A stretch of DNA of 64,000 nt from Schmidtea polychroa. Its lineage: Eukaryota. A model generated the notes under the pieces. It was not told the origin of the DNA. It saw only the letters and a program-made list of their open reading frames with translations, and did no database searches. The first letter of the stretch is position 1. Each line of letters opens with the position of its first letter. Position numbers and translations under genes: made by a program. The DNA is taken from positions 3,536,001-3,600,000 of the forward strand of contig CM097885.1 of the NCBI GenBank assembly GCA_044892525.1, written 5' to 3'. This document shows, piece after piece, positions 50,415-63,515 of this stretch.

Positions 50415-51932
50415 TCATTGTCTCTCTTCAAAGATTAAATTACTTTCTAGACAACTTCGGATAACCCCATCATTTCCACGAAGAATCTCTTGATATCTTA
50501 TTTCTGTCATTTCCTCAGCAAATTTAACTTTAAATCTTTGAAGGATACTGGAGAAAAAAATGAAATACTCCATTCTTGCAAGCGATTCTCCCAAACATTG
50601 CCGTTTACCGATTCCAAATGGGATCAAATCTTCCCGTGGGCAATACTTCATTGAGTTGTTATCATCTGCCGATAGAAAATGATTGGGAAAGAATTCAGAA
50701 GGATTACTCCAAACTTCTGGATCGTAATGGCATGCATATAAGTTAGGAAATATTAGAGTATCCTTCGGGACGAAATATTCTTTGACAGAACTATCAAACA
50801 TGGCTCTATGAAATGATCCTAAGGGAGTTACGGAACTCATTCTTAGTACTTCATCCATAACTGCTTGAGTATAGTCCATATTTTTTCTATCATTCATGCT
50901 TGGTAGTTTCTCTTTTCCAATTACGTTCACGATTTCGTTGTAAACCTTTTCTTGAATACCTTGATGTTGACTCATGAACATTAAACTCCAAACAAGAGTT
51001 GTCGAGGTAGTTTCAAACCCAGCAACTAACATTTCCAAAGAATTCCTTATCAATTGCCATTCCGTAAAGGTGTCAACTGAACCTGTTCTTCCCATAACCT
51101 TTTTCTGTTCTAATAAAAATCTATCAATCATATCCTCTCCATCGCTATTCAAATCTAACAATGTTTGATGATTCACTATTTCCTCCTTGAAGCTATCGTG
51201 AATCTTTTCAAACATTTTCAGGTGAGCTTTCAGTCTCAAAATGATATTGAAAATGATTGAGGAATTCTCGAAGCATGGAAAGATCAAGTAGAAAATCGTG
51301 ATAACATCAAGCTTTTTCACTGATTCCACGAGTACATTTTCGATCAGTTTGATTTTTGGATCCTCACGACAAAATCTTTTATTCATGATAAATTTCGAAA
51401 TGATATTTAAAGTGTAAATGGGGATTAAATGAGAGAAATTTACTCTCTTCCCGGTCAACTGTTTGATTTCGTCGAGGCAATTTTCACATTCAAGTTGAAC
51501 TATTTCCGATGTTTTGGATCTTCCATAATCTCTTAAAACCTTTTGTACAAATGCGCGTTGCTTTGCCCAAACCTCTCCATCTTTTAAAAATATTCCCGAA
51601 TCATGAGTCAAAGCTTTGACCAGGTATGTTGACCATCTTCCAGAAAATGCAGTTCCGTCAAATTTGAAGGTCTGCTTGAGAATTTCATAAGAATTGAACA
51701 CTAGAATCTCTCGAAATCCTAGTTTAATTCGATAAACAGGTCCATAGGTTTTACTGAGGTCCTTTAGATAACTATGCATAGGCAATTTGATATCAAACAA
51801 ACTGCCAACGAAAGGAAGACCTTTAACAAGGGGTGCCTGATTTCGAACACCAATTCTTTGGTGAGTTCGCCAATATTTACCGAAATAATACACAATTAAA
51901 ATGACACAAATCGAAGATAAAATCAGAATCAT
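50415..51932 (-). CDS. Cytochrome P450, CYP2-clan-like, intronless
   Basis: N-terminal TM anchor, GLPFVGSL, W...R (WAKQR), I-helix AGFETTSTT, EVLR, heme motif FGIGKRQCLG; first in-frame ATG at 51932. Confidence 0.95.
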   Translation of the reverse strand: MILILSSICVILIVYYFGKYWRTHQRIGVRNQAPLVKGLPFVGSLFDIKLPMHSYLKDLSKTYGPVYRIKLGFREILVFNSYEILKQTFKFDGTAFSGRWSTYLVKALTHDSGIFLKDGEVWAKQRAFVQKVLRDYGRSKTSEIVQLECENCLDEIKQLTGKRVNFSHLIPIYTLNIISKFIMNKRFCREDPKIKLIENVLVESVKKLDVITIFYLIFPCFENSSIIFNIILRLKAHLKMFEKIHDSFKEEIVNHQTLLDLNSDGEDMIDRFLLEQKKVMGRTGSVDTFTEWQLIRNSLEMLVAGFETTSTTLVWSLMFMSQHQGIQEKVYNEIVNVIGKEKLPSMNDRKNMDYTQAVMDEVLRMSSVTPLGSFHRAMFDSSVKEYFVPKDTLIFPNLYACHYDPEVWSNPSEFFPNHFLSADDNNSMKYCPREDLIPFGIGKRQCLGESLARMEYFIFFSSILQRFKVKFAEEMTEIRYQEILRGNDGVIRSCLESNLIFEERQ

Positions 51933-52054
51933 TAGTAAATTAAAAATAAACAAATTCAAGTTTCGATTTTATTTTAACTACATTTCAATGACAACAGCCC
52001 ATTTGCACATTATTCTGCACATGTCACAATAAGTTAATCAATATTTTTATATAG

Positions 52055-53102
<1,048 letters not shown>

Positions 53103-53116
53103 GTATAAAATGATGA

Positions 53117-53324
53117 TTTCTTGGTAGCAGCATTTATTATTTAAAACAATAAAATGATAATTTAAGCCTTTTGCTGCAAATAATGTATTTAATGAAAAAA
53201 ATTTCGACTATAAGATAGTGCTTGTCAATCTATCTTATAAATAAAAATTTTTTAATTAAAAACATTATTCGCAGCAAAAGGCTTAAATTAAATCTTTATT
53301 ATTATCATTACTGCTACCAGGAAA
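53117..53324. repeat. ~210-bp imperfect fold-back (MITE-like) palindrome
   Basis: TTTCTTGGTAGCAG/CTGCTACCAGGAAA; TAATTTAAGCCTTTTGCTGC/GCAGCAAAAGGCTTAAATTA (20/20); TATAAGATAG/CTATCTTATA. Confidence 0.8.
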
Positions 53325-53401
53325 GGTTGCAGTATTACATTATATGTCAATAATCTTACTAGTTTACTATGACCTCATTATTTGACAACTAATGTAGGAA
53401 T

Positions 53402-53585
<184 letters not shown>

Positions 53586-53717
53586 TATCTTGTAGGAATT
53601 CTACCTATATTAATAGTCTTTTTACCTTTTATGACTGTTATTATTATAATACATGTATTTGCCGTCTTATCAACTTCGCCACTATATTACTATAAATATA
53701 CTACTATAAATATATAA

Positions 53718-56118
53718 CACGGGTTCCCAACCGGGGGTCTATGGACCCCATAAGGGTACGTGGAGCACTCCTATGGGGTACGAGAAGCGCGGCCGGTAAG
53801 GATTTTTGTCTCGAATTTTTATTGATAATATTTCATTGTTTTAAAATTTAGTAACAAACAAAAATCGCAATTTTTTTGAACACGGTTCGGTTTTTTCAAA
53901 GTAAATTTCCTAAAATTAAATACAATAACAAATATGTACATATGGATTTCTTATTTTTGAAATAATAAATAAGTCGTTATAATATATTAATTATCAAATT
54001 GATATTGTTTTTACTACTAAAACGTGTACAAAAAATAAATATCTATAACGGGTTTCAATTTATTTGGGTAGTTACAATAAATAAACCATTGCATATTTAA
54101 TTGTCTTAGTTTTTAGAAATAATTATTTTTTATTATCGACAGCTAACCCATACTGTCACAATGTCAAAGAAGCGTTGTTATCAGGACTCATATATTCAAT
54201 TCGGTTTCACTTTCTTAGTTGACAAAGATGGATTGGAAAGGCCACAATGCATACTTTGCTCGAAAGTACTTTGTAATGGTTATATGAAACCATCCAAAGT
54301 TAAGGAACATCTACAAGCAGTCCATCCAAACAACGTTAATGACACAGAATCTTTATTCAAAATTAAGAGAGCCCGATTTGAAACAAGCACAAAGCTCACC
54401 AATCACGTACTTGTTCCCGAGAAAAAACCAGCTTTAGAAGCAAGTTATCGTGTGGCATTGAGGATTGCGAAAGATAAAAAACCTCATACAATCGCGGAAA
54501 CTTTGATTAAACCATGTGCGATGGAAATGGCCGAAATTATCTGTGGTAAGGACGCAAAACTTAAAATATCACAAATACCACTATCAAACAACACAATTCA
54601 CGATCGAATTAAAGATATGTCAGAAGATGTCTTAAAGCAGATTGTAGAACAAATAAAAGAAAGTTCAACAAAAATTGGATTGCAATTGGATGAATCCACT
54701 GATGTTTCTAACTGTGCTCAACTTCTTGTTTTTGTTAAATATGTGTATAGAAACGAAATCAAAGAGGATTTTCTTTTTTGTGAACCTCTGACAGAAACTA
54801 CAAAGGCTGTGGATATTATGTCAATTATGAATAATTTTTTTGTTGCCAATGGGCTTTCTTGGAACAATGTGGGATCTATTTGTACTGATGGTGCTCCAGC
54901 TATGCTCGGGAAAAAATATGGATTTACTGCTCTTGTGAAACAGATAAACCCAAATGTTTTTTCTAGTCATTGCATTCTTCATCGTCATGCCTTGGCATCA
55001 AAGACTCTTCCTTCTTATTTCAAAGAGGTATTGGATATTGTGTTGAAAACCGTAAATTTTATCAAATCAAAGGCATTGAATCAGCGCCTATTTCAAGTGT
55101 TATGCGAAGAAGTTGGGTGCGAACATACCGTACTTCTTTTACATACAGAAGTACGTTGGCTATCCAAGGGAAAAGTTCTTAACCGGGTATTTGAACTTAG
55201 ATATCAAATTGAGACATTTTTACGTGACAAAGAATCGACTCTTTCGCTTCACTTCACAGATACCAGCTTTGTGCTCTCTTTAGCTTACCTTGCAGATATA
55301 TTTAGCCATCTAAACTCCTTAAATATATCACTCCAAGGTAGAGGTATGAATGTATTAGATGCCGAGGAGAAAGTTACATCGTTTCAAGAAAAGCTGGCAC
55401 TCTATAGCAGAAGAGTTGAAAGTGAAAATTACGCCAATTTTTCGCTTTTTGATGAAATAGTTTCCTTGCAAGTTAAACGTGAAATTGATATCATGGTTCT
55501 GGACTGTTTTAAAATACATTTGGAAAATCTTCAAGTTACTTTCGATGGCATTATTCCTCGCACATTTGTTGTTGATAACTGGATAAGAAACCCTTTCACC
55601 ATTTCATTGGATCAAATTAGTGATGCTGATGACGCAAAAGATGAACTCATTGAACTGCGGAATAACAAAAAAATAAGCAGTGACTTTAAAGCAATGGCGT
55701 TGGATGTATTCTAGTGTAAGCAAAGCGAGGCATATCCTGTTTTAGTCAACCGGGCGTTGAAGGCTCTTATTCCGTTTGTTACTACTTACCTTTGCGAATC
55801 TGGATTTTCAGTGCTAGTGTCAATAAAAACAAAATTAAGGAACAAACTAAATGCTGAAAATGACATGCGTTTGGCTCTTTCACACACCCTACCACGAATA
55901 CAACATTTGGTTGACGGTAAGCAGCAACAACGTTCCCACTAAATTTAATTTTTTTTGTAATTTTTAATTAATTGCTTCTAAATATAAAGTGAATAAATGT
56001 TTTTTCTTTATATAATATTGTTTTTTGCTGTATATAAATAACAATAAAAGTTAAGGGTACGTAAGATTCCAAATTGTTGCCAAAGGGTACGATTACCCCA
56101 AAAGGTTGGGAACCATTG
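53718..56118 (+). mobile_element. hAT transposon (Buster; ZBED8/SCAND3-like), full length
   Basis: TIRs CACGGGTTCCCAACC / GGTTGGGAACCATTG (13/15); subterminal GGGTACG repeats; flanks ATATATAA / CTGTATAA (6/8). Confidence 0.88.
54161..55942 (+). pseudogene. Buster-type hAT transposase with one premature TAG (55712-55714)
   Basis: PQCILC...H....[43 protein letters not shown]. The two ORFs are in the same frame. Confidence 0.92.
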
Positions 56119-57140
56119 CTGTATAATATAAGTATTCAAACCTATCTTCGCTATAAACTTCGTCACTGAAGTCTTTCTACTCCACCAAACCTAATCTTCT
56201 AGAATCTAGATACTGAATATCCTACCCGAGCTACTCTAATAAAACTTACCCAAACAATCGAATTGATGCTTGGAATTTGATTCATTTCCAGACTATTGAA
56301 CATCGAAAAGCTTGACAATTTGCAAACTATTAAACCCTAAACATTACTGATGATCCTTTCTCTCTCAGATCGGGATGCTTCCGTTCCTGAACACTATAGA
56401 AAAACATCTATTAATCCCATAAATCCACGAAAGCATGTTCTAATGTTCGAGCCCCGGCTCGTCATTCAATGAAATTCAATTAAAAGCCTTAGAATAATTA
56501 TGAGTGAGAATCTCTCCCCTTCAGTTTTGACTGGCCAGCCGGATATTTTTTTTGAAATAAAATTTTATTTTGTGCGTGTGTGTGTGCAATCTTAAAAACT
56601 AGTTATTGTTGGGGTTACACCTCGGCTGACCACTCTACCATGTTGACGGGTCTAAGGGTTGATTGTCCATCTCGAATAAAAGGTGCCACCGATTTGTCAA
56701 CCTGGAGTGAAACCCCACATAACTTTCTTCCAACATAGTGCCCGTGAATCACTTCACGTTGGTACTGCACTATGCAGGCGAGACGCCAGCAAGCAGGTGA
56801 GCTTCTGCCTTAAAACTACTCCTTGCTGAGGCCTCGACTTCCCATTCACGACTGCCGATAGAAGGGCTTACGTCCATTTCCTTACACAACCGCTTATCGG
56901 GATTCGCTGAATGCAAATTGGGAATTTCTCACTAGATCTTGCGGGTTCTCTACTCGACCCACTTAATTAAAGTCTAATTATTCATGAACGAAGACGTGTA
57001 AGACAACAAGATTTATTAATTTCAAGGTTATGACACAAGGATTCAGCTGTACACTTTACTAACGTTTATCGAAAGAAGAGAAAACATCGTAATCAACATA
57101 GATCGGATCCTTGTTCCTCATCCTGACCGCCACTGGGATT

Positions 57141-57929
57141 TTATTGTTTCTCCCATTCAGCGTCGGCGAATAATTCGTCGAGGTTGAAAAACTCGGAAGC
57201 GTTCTCTTCCCACATTACGCCAGCGGCTGATATGATTCGTGCCGAGGGTCCCGTTGTTAGGTCGATGGACACGTGAGAGTTGCCACCGTTGGTTGAGTCC
57301 TCCATTGCTGGGATGTTTGGCTTTGTAGTAGCGCGCTCGCGCTGTCTCTTCTTGCGCTCTGCACGAGAGAGTTGTTTTCGCTTGGGTTTGCTTGAAGATG
57401 CCACTTGCAGAAGGGTGACTGATACGGATGGACTAGCAGTGGGGGGCTTACTGGTGCCCGTGATGACAACATCTGGTCGCTTGGGGGACAATTCGGTTTC
57501 GACGCAGTCTCGGCACGGTCTCTTGAACGGTGGAGTTGGATTCGAGGAAAGGTTGTGATGAGGCGGAAAGATGTCATCGGCCTCTCGGATGGGAATTTGC
57601 ACTATTTTTCGGGTTGTAGCCGCCTGCACGTAAACCTTATGCAGTGCCTCGGATTGTTCTCTGATTAGACTTCTTTGGGCACGGCTCTCAGATATTAGCG
57701 CGTCCCGGCAATGCTCGCTACGATCGAGCTTCCTTTGGATCTCTTTCATCCGAGCGGGACTAAACCATGTCCCTTCCAGCTCGTCTATCTTCCTCTTGTA
57801 ACGTCCAATCTGAGTTTGTAGGTCCTTTATCACCGTATTTTTATCCGCGCACGAGAAGCACGGCCGTAATGCTGATTTAGTGGTTGGTAGCATGCTTGCT
57901 ATAAATAATACTAATGAAATGTAGAACAT
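57141..57929 (-). CDS. Orphan intronless ORF (CxxC, coiled coil, basic patch, acidic tail)
   Basis: 262 aa, markedly more GC-rich than the surroundings; minus-strand AATAAA near 57013-57018. Confidence 0.5.
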   Translation of the reverse strand: MFYISLVLFIASMLPTTKSALRPCFSCADKNTVIKDLQTQIGRYKRKIDELEGTWFSPARMKEIQRKLDRSEHCRDALISESRAQRSLIREQSEALHKVYVQAATTRKIVQIPIREADDIFPPHHNLSSNPTPPFKRPCRDCVETELSPKRPDVVITGTSKPPTASPSVSVTLLQVASSSKPKRKQLSRAERKKRQRERATTKPNIPAMEDSTNGGNSHVSIDLTTGPSARIISAAGVMWEENASEFFNLDELFADAEWEKQ

Positions 57930-59839
57930 ACGATTTTAGAATAAATTAGATACGACCTACGGCCATTCGTGGATGCTTGACCGACGAAAAGAAGGAAAAC
58001 TTATTCTACAATCCGGTTTTACCACGGATCTTATTTGTTGAAACAATTTATTTAACCAAAGGCCATCGGTTTGACGCATGCTATTAACTTTGACTCTCTA
58101 TTGATCTAACCGTATACATGAGGGGCGTAATAATTAATAGGGGGTAAATATAATATTGGTGAAACAATATAATAATGCTTTAGTAGAGGGACATTATAGT
58201 ATGCGACTACACCTTGCTATAAATTATCTATTTAAATTTATTAAAAACAAATTACTATCGCTATTCTCAACATATTTTTTGATTCGAAATTTGTTATTGG
58301 AAGTGCACTTTTAATTCGGTAGTGAATGTGATTATCTATATTGTCTACCATTTGTCTGAGAATATGTGATGAGTTTACATCAGCCATTACTTGAACACCC
58401 TAATGGGATATCTCATCGGTCATAACACATGTCCAAATTTACGGATACTACTGTCGACTAGTTGATTACATTATCGACCTATTGTGAATGTCACGTGTCG
58501 CGACTATTATGTATGCTAGTCTGATATTCTGTGCTCTCACCACATAGATTCGTGTATGGCTACTATCTTATCTCACTCACTTGGTGTATGCCATTTTCAC
58601 GGTGATTTCATCGATCCTGCTGTCATATGATTTTCTCTGCACAGTGATTTATTTGAATCATGATTTATGCTGCCGTCAGTTCTCATCGCGGAATTTTACC
58701 CTTATCAACTTGTGTGAATGATCACCATCGTTTGGAAATTTATTGGATCTTTTCAGTGATCGTCGAGGGAATAATGCTACCAAATACTGAAGCATATTAC
58801 TACTCTCGTCATTCTACTCGGATTTTCCTATTCAGATGTAATGCCGTCTCGATGAAACCTGCCCTTAGCCATTCGAAATTTTCTCTCAGGTTCAATAATT
58901 TGGATGTATACAGTGAAGACCTGGCTCTTATTGTAGAAATAAATGTTATTAATTAAATTTGGTGATATTTTACCGTTTATAATTTTTAAATAGCTAAGTC
59001 TATAAAAACTTTCTGATTATAATATTAGAGAGGTTTTCGTAGAATCTCGCATTTTTCAGTTTCGAGTTAGTTAAAGTTTTTAGGATACTTTCGTAACCTG
59101 ACATACAATCTGGACAGGCTAGATGACATTGGGTCTATGATAACGGAATTTCATACGAAATTAGTTCTACTGAGTCCGGCAAATAGACGTTGTCGCAATT
59201 AACTTGATGAAACCATGTTTCCAGATGAAGCGTACTATGAGATGTCGTTATTTTTGACGAAGTTCACTAAATCGTTGTCTGGATCTCATTTTTCAATAGG
59301 GGTAAGATTTACGAAAACGACTTGACGAAAGAAAAAGGAATGCGACGCCCTCAGTCACTGTGCAAATCCTTGAAAATCCCTTCATTCGTACGACTATCTT
59401 TGTGAAATCATTGTCTACCAGTTATTTTTTAACCATACCCCATTGTGATAATTTAGTCGCATCTTCAGCGATAGGACCCGTGAAGAAGCCTTCACATTTC
59501 GGCCCAATCTAGCTGCGTGATTGAAATACTCCATGTCCACCGGCTGAGCTCCCGAAGGCACCTCATACCATGACATGGAGTATCTCAACTCCACGTTACT
59601 CGTTAAATGAAAATTCATAAAATCTTCAATTCAAATAAAATACGGACATCTGGATAAAAATATTTTATTAATTCTGAAATACTTAAATAATACAAATTCC
59701 ATCAATACGTTAAAGTTATTAAAATGAAGAATCAAATGAAGAGAGTTAACTAAAATATTTAATCGTTAATATTTAACATTACTATTAGCTTTGCAAATAC
59801 TTAAATAAATCTATAAACAAATGAAATACCCCTTACTAT

Positions 59840-60465
59840 TGTTAGGCTGAGTCAAAATTCAATGTTGTTCGTTCCAAATAGTCCTAATGGTGGTCCGTTG
59901 GATGTCGATGATTGTGATGAATGGTATTTCGGTCTCTGAACTGGTTTTGAATAGTCGTGGAGTTTTCTGAATGACGGTTGCTTGGCTAGTAGTGTCGATC
60001 CTATGAAATGCTCGGGGTTAACAGTAACAGTAAACATTTTTCTTACCTATGAAATGCTCGGGGTTAACAGTAAATTTAATGTTTTTGGTAGTTGTATATA
60101 TATCAAATTCTTATTTGTGCGGACCAATCAGAGTTGAGTACCGCTTATTTCTATTAATTTAATATAATTTTCTTGTTTTTAGGTTGTTTTTTCCTTATTT
60201 TCTTTATTTTTAATATGTTTTTCTATTTATTTCCTTAATTTCCTTATTATTTCTTGAATTCCTCTTTATTTATTTGTCAACTTGTTCTATTTTAATCTTT
60301 TCTTAATTTTATTTTTTGTTTTAATTCTTATGTCTTAATTATTATTTTCCTTATATCTTATTCTATTTTATTTCTGATTTTATTTATTTTATTATTATTT
60401 TTCTTAATGTTCTACTTCCCTACTTTCCTATTTTTCAACGATTAAATTTTCGACTCAGCCCAACA
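59840..60465. repeat. 626-bp TGT...ACA unit with ~28-bp imperfect terminal inverted repeats (LTR-like or non-autonomous DNA transposon)
   Basis: TGTTAGGCTGAGTCAAAATT vs AATTTTCGACTCAGCCCAACA; internal CCAAT (60123) and TATA-like (60095) motifs; no TSD. Confidence 0.55.
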
Positions 60466-60690
60466 AATCACTCGGGGACCCATCAAAATTGCGTCCCGCA
60501 ATTGCATAATTAACTTAATTCATTCATTCAAAAAAAAATATAACACGAACACGAAAATTATACAACAATGATAAAATTTTTATTGTAAGATCTAGGTCAA
60601 AGCAAGATCAAGCAAGTATCACTTAAGGTGATAGTTTGTACATACAATAAAAGTTTCCACATATAATAACACAAATGTTTGAGTTAGAGT

Positions 60691-61359
60691 TTATGAACTG
60701 TTAACCATTGATGCTTCTGCTGGCGGCTGTTGGTTGGTTTGGGTATTGATGTTGAGATAGGTCTGACTATTAGATTTCGGCTGGATTGGTTGATTACTCG
60801 GGGTTCGAGGTCGGAATGGGGTTGGGTTAAGATTTGTCAGGGGCACTTCTTGAGGATTTTGGTTCGAGGTTACTCTTATTGATGTCGAGACTCTACATCT
60901 ATTTCGAATTTCGTAAATTTTCATGAATATTGGTAGACATAGGAGGAGGGTCTCTGCGATCACCACATATATGAGATAATGGGTGTCATTGATCTCGGGA
61001 GGTGTTTTTGGCTTTTCTACAAGATTTTCAAAATCCTCTTGTTGCATTTGTTGTTCCAACTGGTCGATCTGTTGGCTTTGTTCGAAGATTTGTTTGTTTA
61101 TCATTTTACAAATGGGGTTCTTTTTACACATTGTTTGGATGTTGTTGATGTGGGATCGGGTTGATTGAATGGTTTGGATGATATGGGTTTTTACGGTCAT
61201 AGGGTATGTGCATTTGCCGGATTCTTGTTTAGGTTCTTGATTTTGATTGCGGTAATCTCGTACGATTTTCGGTTGGGCGTTTAATTGTTTGTTCTCCATC
61301 AGAATCATCAATACCATCATTGTTATCATCATCTCGCCTCGCATGATACTATTATACAT
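60691..61359 (-). CDS. Putative type I membrane protein
   Basis: Hydrophobic N-terminus, ectodomain with three Cys, TM YLIYVVIAETLLLCLPIFM, Pro/Gln/Asn-rich tail. Confidence 0.6.
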   Translation of the reverse strand: MYNSIMRGEMMITMMVLMILMENKQLNAQPKIVRDYRNQNQEPKQESGKCTYPMTVKTHIIQTIQSTRSHINNIQTMCKKNPICKMINKQIFEQSQQIDQLEQQMQQEDFENLVEKPKTPPEINDTHYLIYVVIAETLLLCLPIFMKIYEIRNRCRVSTSIRVTSNQNPQEVPLTNLNPTPFRPRTPSNQPIQPKSNSQTYLNINTQTNQQPPAEASMVNSS

Positions 61360-61399
61360 TCATTATGTTTATTTACAATTGGTTTTAATGACCCTTAAT

Positions 61400-62152
61400 T
61401 TAATGGTTCTGATTTGGATTATTTTCACCGATTCTCATCAAGGTGGACTCTGCTTTAATTACCCTGTGTCTTAACTCGGGCAGCATTTCCAATTGTCGGT
61501 CTTTTTCACGGGCTTCTCTCTTTAGATGTCTAATTTCTTTTTCCAAGCGTCTAATTTCTTCCCTTTTCTTTTCAAGGTTTCTTTTTAGCTCGATTTGTAG
61601 GAGATCTTGTTCGTTTTCTTGCAGGTAATTTTGTTGTTGATGTTTTCTTTCTATTTCTCTATATTTGCGGACCCACTTCCTCATTTCTTTACTTTCCCGT
61701 TGGTTTTCTTCTAGTTGTCGTTTTAATTTATTTATAGCTGTTTGGCGCTCCTTCGCCTCAGTTTTCCAGTAGTCTTGGATTACCTCCTTTGCTTTGAAGC
61801 TTGCCCTCTCTTTCCATAGCTCTTCCGCTATCTTTTCCCAGTTTTTCCCTCGCTTCCTTTGTTCGTGTAGCCATTCATTTTCCTCTTCCGTTTCTCTTTT
61901 TATTTCCCCCAACGCTTCGCACTCTTTCTTTAACACCTTTATCATTTTCCGGTCCTCCAGGTATTTGTTTATTAATCTCCCGTTTTCGTATTTCTCTTCC
62001 CGTAACTCGGCCTTTAGCGTTTGTGTTTCTGTTGTTTCTGCCTCAATCTCTCCCTCTTCTACGTCGCTCATAATTTCTATCATTTCCTCGATTTTCATAT
62101 CTATAATATGTACAGTTAATGGTGCGCTATAGTGCGACTTATACGTATACAT
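61400..62152 (-). CDS. Coiled-coil E/K/R-rich protein
   Basis: 250-aa intronless ORF ending 40 nt before the next start. Confidence 0.6.
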   Translation of the reverse strand: MYTYKSHYSAPLTVHIIDMKIEEMIEIMSDVEEGEIEAETTETQTLKAELREEKYENGRLINKYLEDRKMIKVLKKECEALGEIKRETEEENEWLHEQRKRGKNWEKIAEELWKERASFKAKEVIQDYWKTEAKERQTAINKLKRQLEENQRESKEMRKWVRKYREIERKHQQQNYLQENEQDLLQIELKRNLEKKREEIRRLEKEIRHLKREAREKDRQLEMLPELRHRVIKAESTLMRIGENNPNQNH

Positions 62153-62266
62153 TGATATAAAATTTAATAGTTTGGGTTACAGTCCCTTGAATACTTTTAC
62201 AATACTTTAATTTTTTTGTTTGGGATATACGTCCCGGTTTTTAGTTTTTCATTTTTTCATCCACCC

Positions 62267-63322
62267 TCATACGAAGGTTTCCTCCTGGCCTACATAACCT
62301 TCATCACTATCGACCGCGGAATGTAACTGTATCGCAATAGGGTCGTATGGTAGGTAATATTGGGGAATTTGAGCTCTCAATTCACTAACTTCGTCTCTTA
62401 GAGCTCGAGTGATATTCAATTCCTCGTCGAGCAGATAGGTGAGATACCTTGTCTCTTCATCTTGCGCCTCTATCTGTTTGTCTAGGGCCTTGATTTTCTC
62501 GTCGCCCTTCCATTTTTCAATTTCTATTTCTAAGTTTTTAATATTTTCGGTGTACATTTTCCTTTCGTTTTCTAATTTTCTGTTTTTTCCCGCTAGGACC
62601 ATGTTTCTTTGTTCCAGCGATCCTTGTAATCCATTAAGGTCTCTTTTCATCTCTTCTACCTGATTTACTAATTCCACAACCCGTCCCGCTTGTTGGGTTA
62701 TCATCTCTTCCATTGCGGCATTCTCGTGCTCTCTTATGTCGCACTTCATTGCCAAATGTCGCTCAAACTCCATAGCCTTTGTTTGCCAGGTTTGGCTTCG
62801 GGCGGCGACCTTTCTCAACCTTTTCAATTCTTCCTTTATTATTAAATTCTCCTCCCATTTACCTTGTTCGCTTTCATATCCGAGTCTCATGGGCAATTCT
62901 TTCATCTCTTTTTTCATTTCTCTGTTTTGTCTTTTCCATTTCCTCGCTTCTGCCACTAAGTGCATCATTTTCCTGTCTTCTATTTGTTTTTCCGCTTCGC
63001 GCTTGGTGTTCTCATCGGTAAGTCTCTTTCTCGCTTCCTGCACTAGCTGCTTTAAGTAGTGGCTGTGTGCTTCTTGGCGGGTATTTTCTAGTGACGCCCA
63101 TTTTGATGCTCTTTTGCATGCTTCTGCTTCCGCTCTTAAGTTGTGTATTAACCATTGGTATTGACTATTCTCATCTTCTCTAGTTTCTTCGATGTGATTT
63201 CGGGTGAGATTAGTTAGTTGGAACATTACTTTGTTCCATTTTTTGTTATGTTCTCGGGGAATTTGTGTCTTGTTGACATTGGTTGGGGCTATCGCAGTTT
63301 CGGTTATTTTCTCTTGTGTCAT
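62267..63322 (-). CDS. Coiled-coil protein
   Basis: 351-aa intronless ORF; minus-strand TATATAA motifs upstream (about 63470 and 63495). Confidence 0.62.
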   Translation of the reverse strand: MTQEKITETAIAPTNVNKTQIPREHNKKWNKVMFQLTNLTRNHIEETREDENSQYQWLIHNLRAEAEACKRASKWASLENTRQEAHSHYLKQLVQEARKRLTDENTKREAEKQIEDRKMMHLVAEARKWKRQNREMKKEMKELPMRLGYESEQGKWEENLIIKEELKRLRKVAARSQTWQTKAMEFERHLAMKCDIREHENAAMEEMITQQAGRVVELVNQVEEMKRDLNGLQGSLEQRNMVLAGKNRKLENERKMYTENIKNLEIEIEKWKGDEKIKALDKQIEAQDEETRYLTYLLDEELNITRALRDEVSELRAQIPQYYLPYDPIAIQLHSAVDSDEGYVGQEETFV

Positions 63323-63515
63323 CTCTAAATCATAGACATCGATTAATCTTTTTATTATGAAAAAGGAATTTATTCATTATTTACTGTTTCTTGGGAAATT
63401 TTCGCATCATTTTTGGGTTTTCGTATTTATGGTTTTCATACTATTATTATATAATATTTTATTGGTTATATACACCGATATATACAGATTATTATATACA
63501 ACATTATTCGATTGG

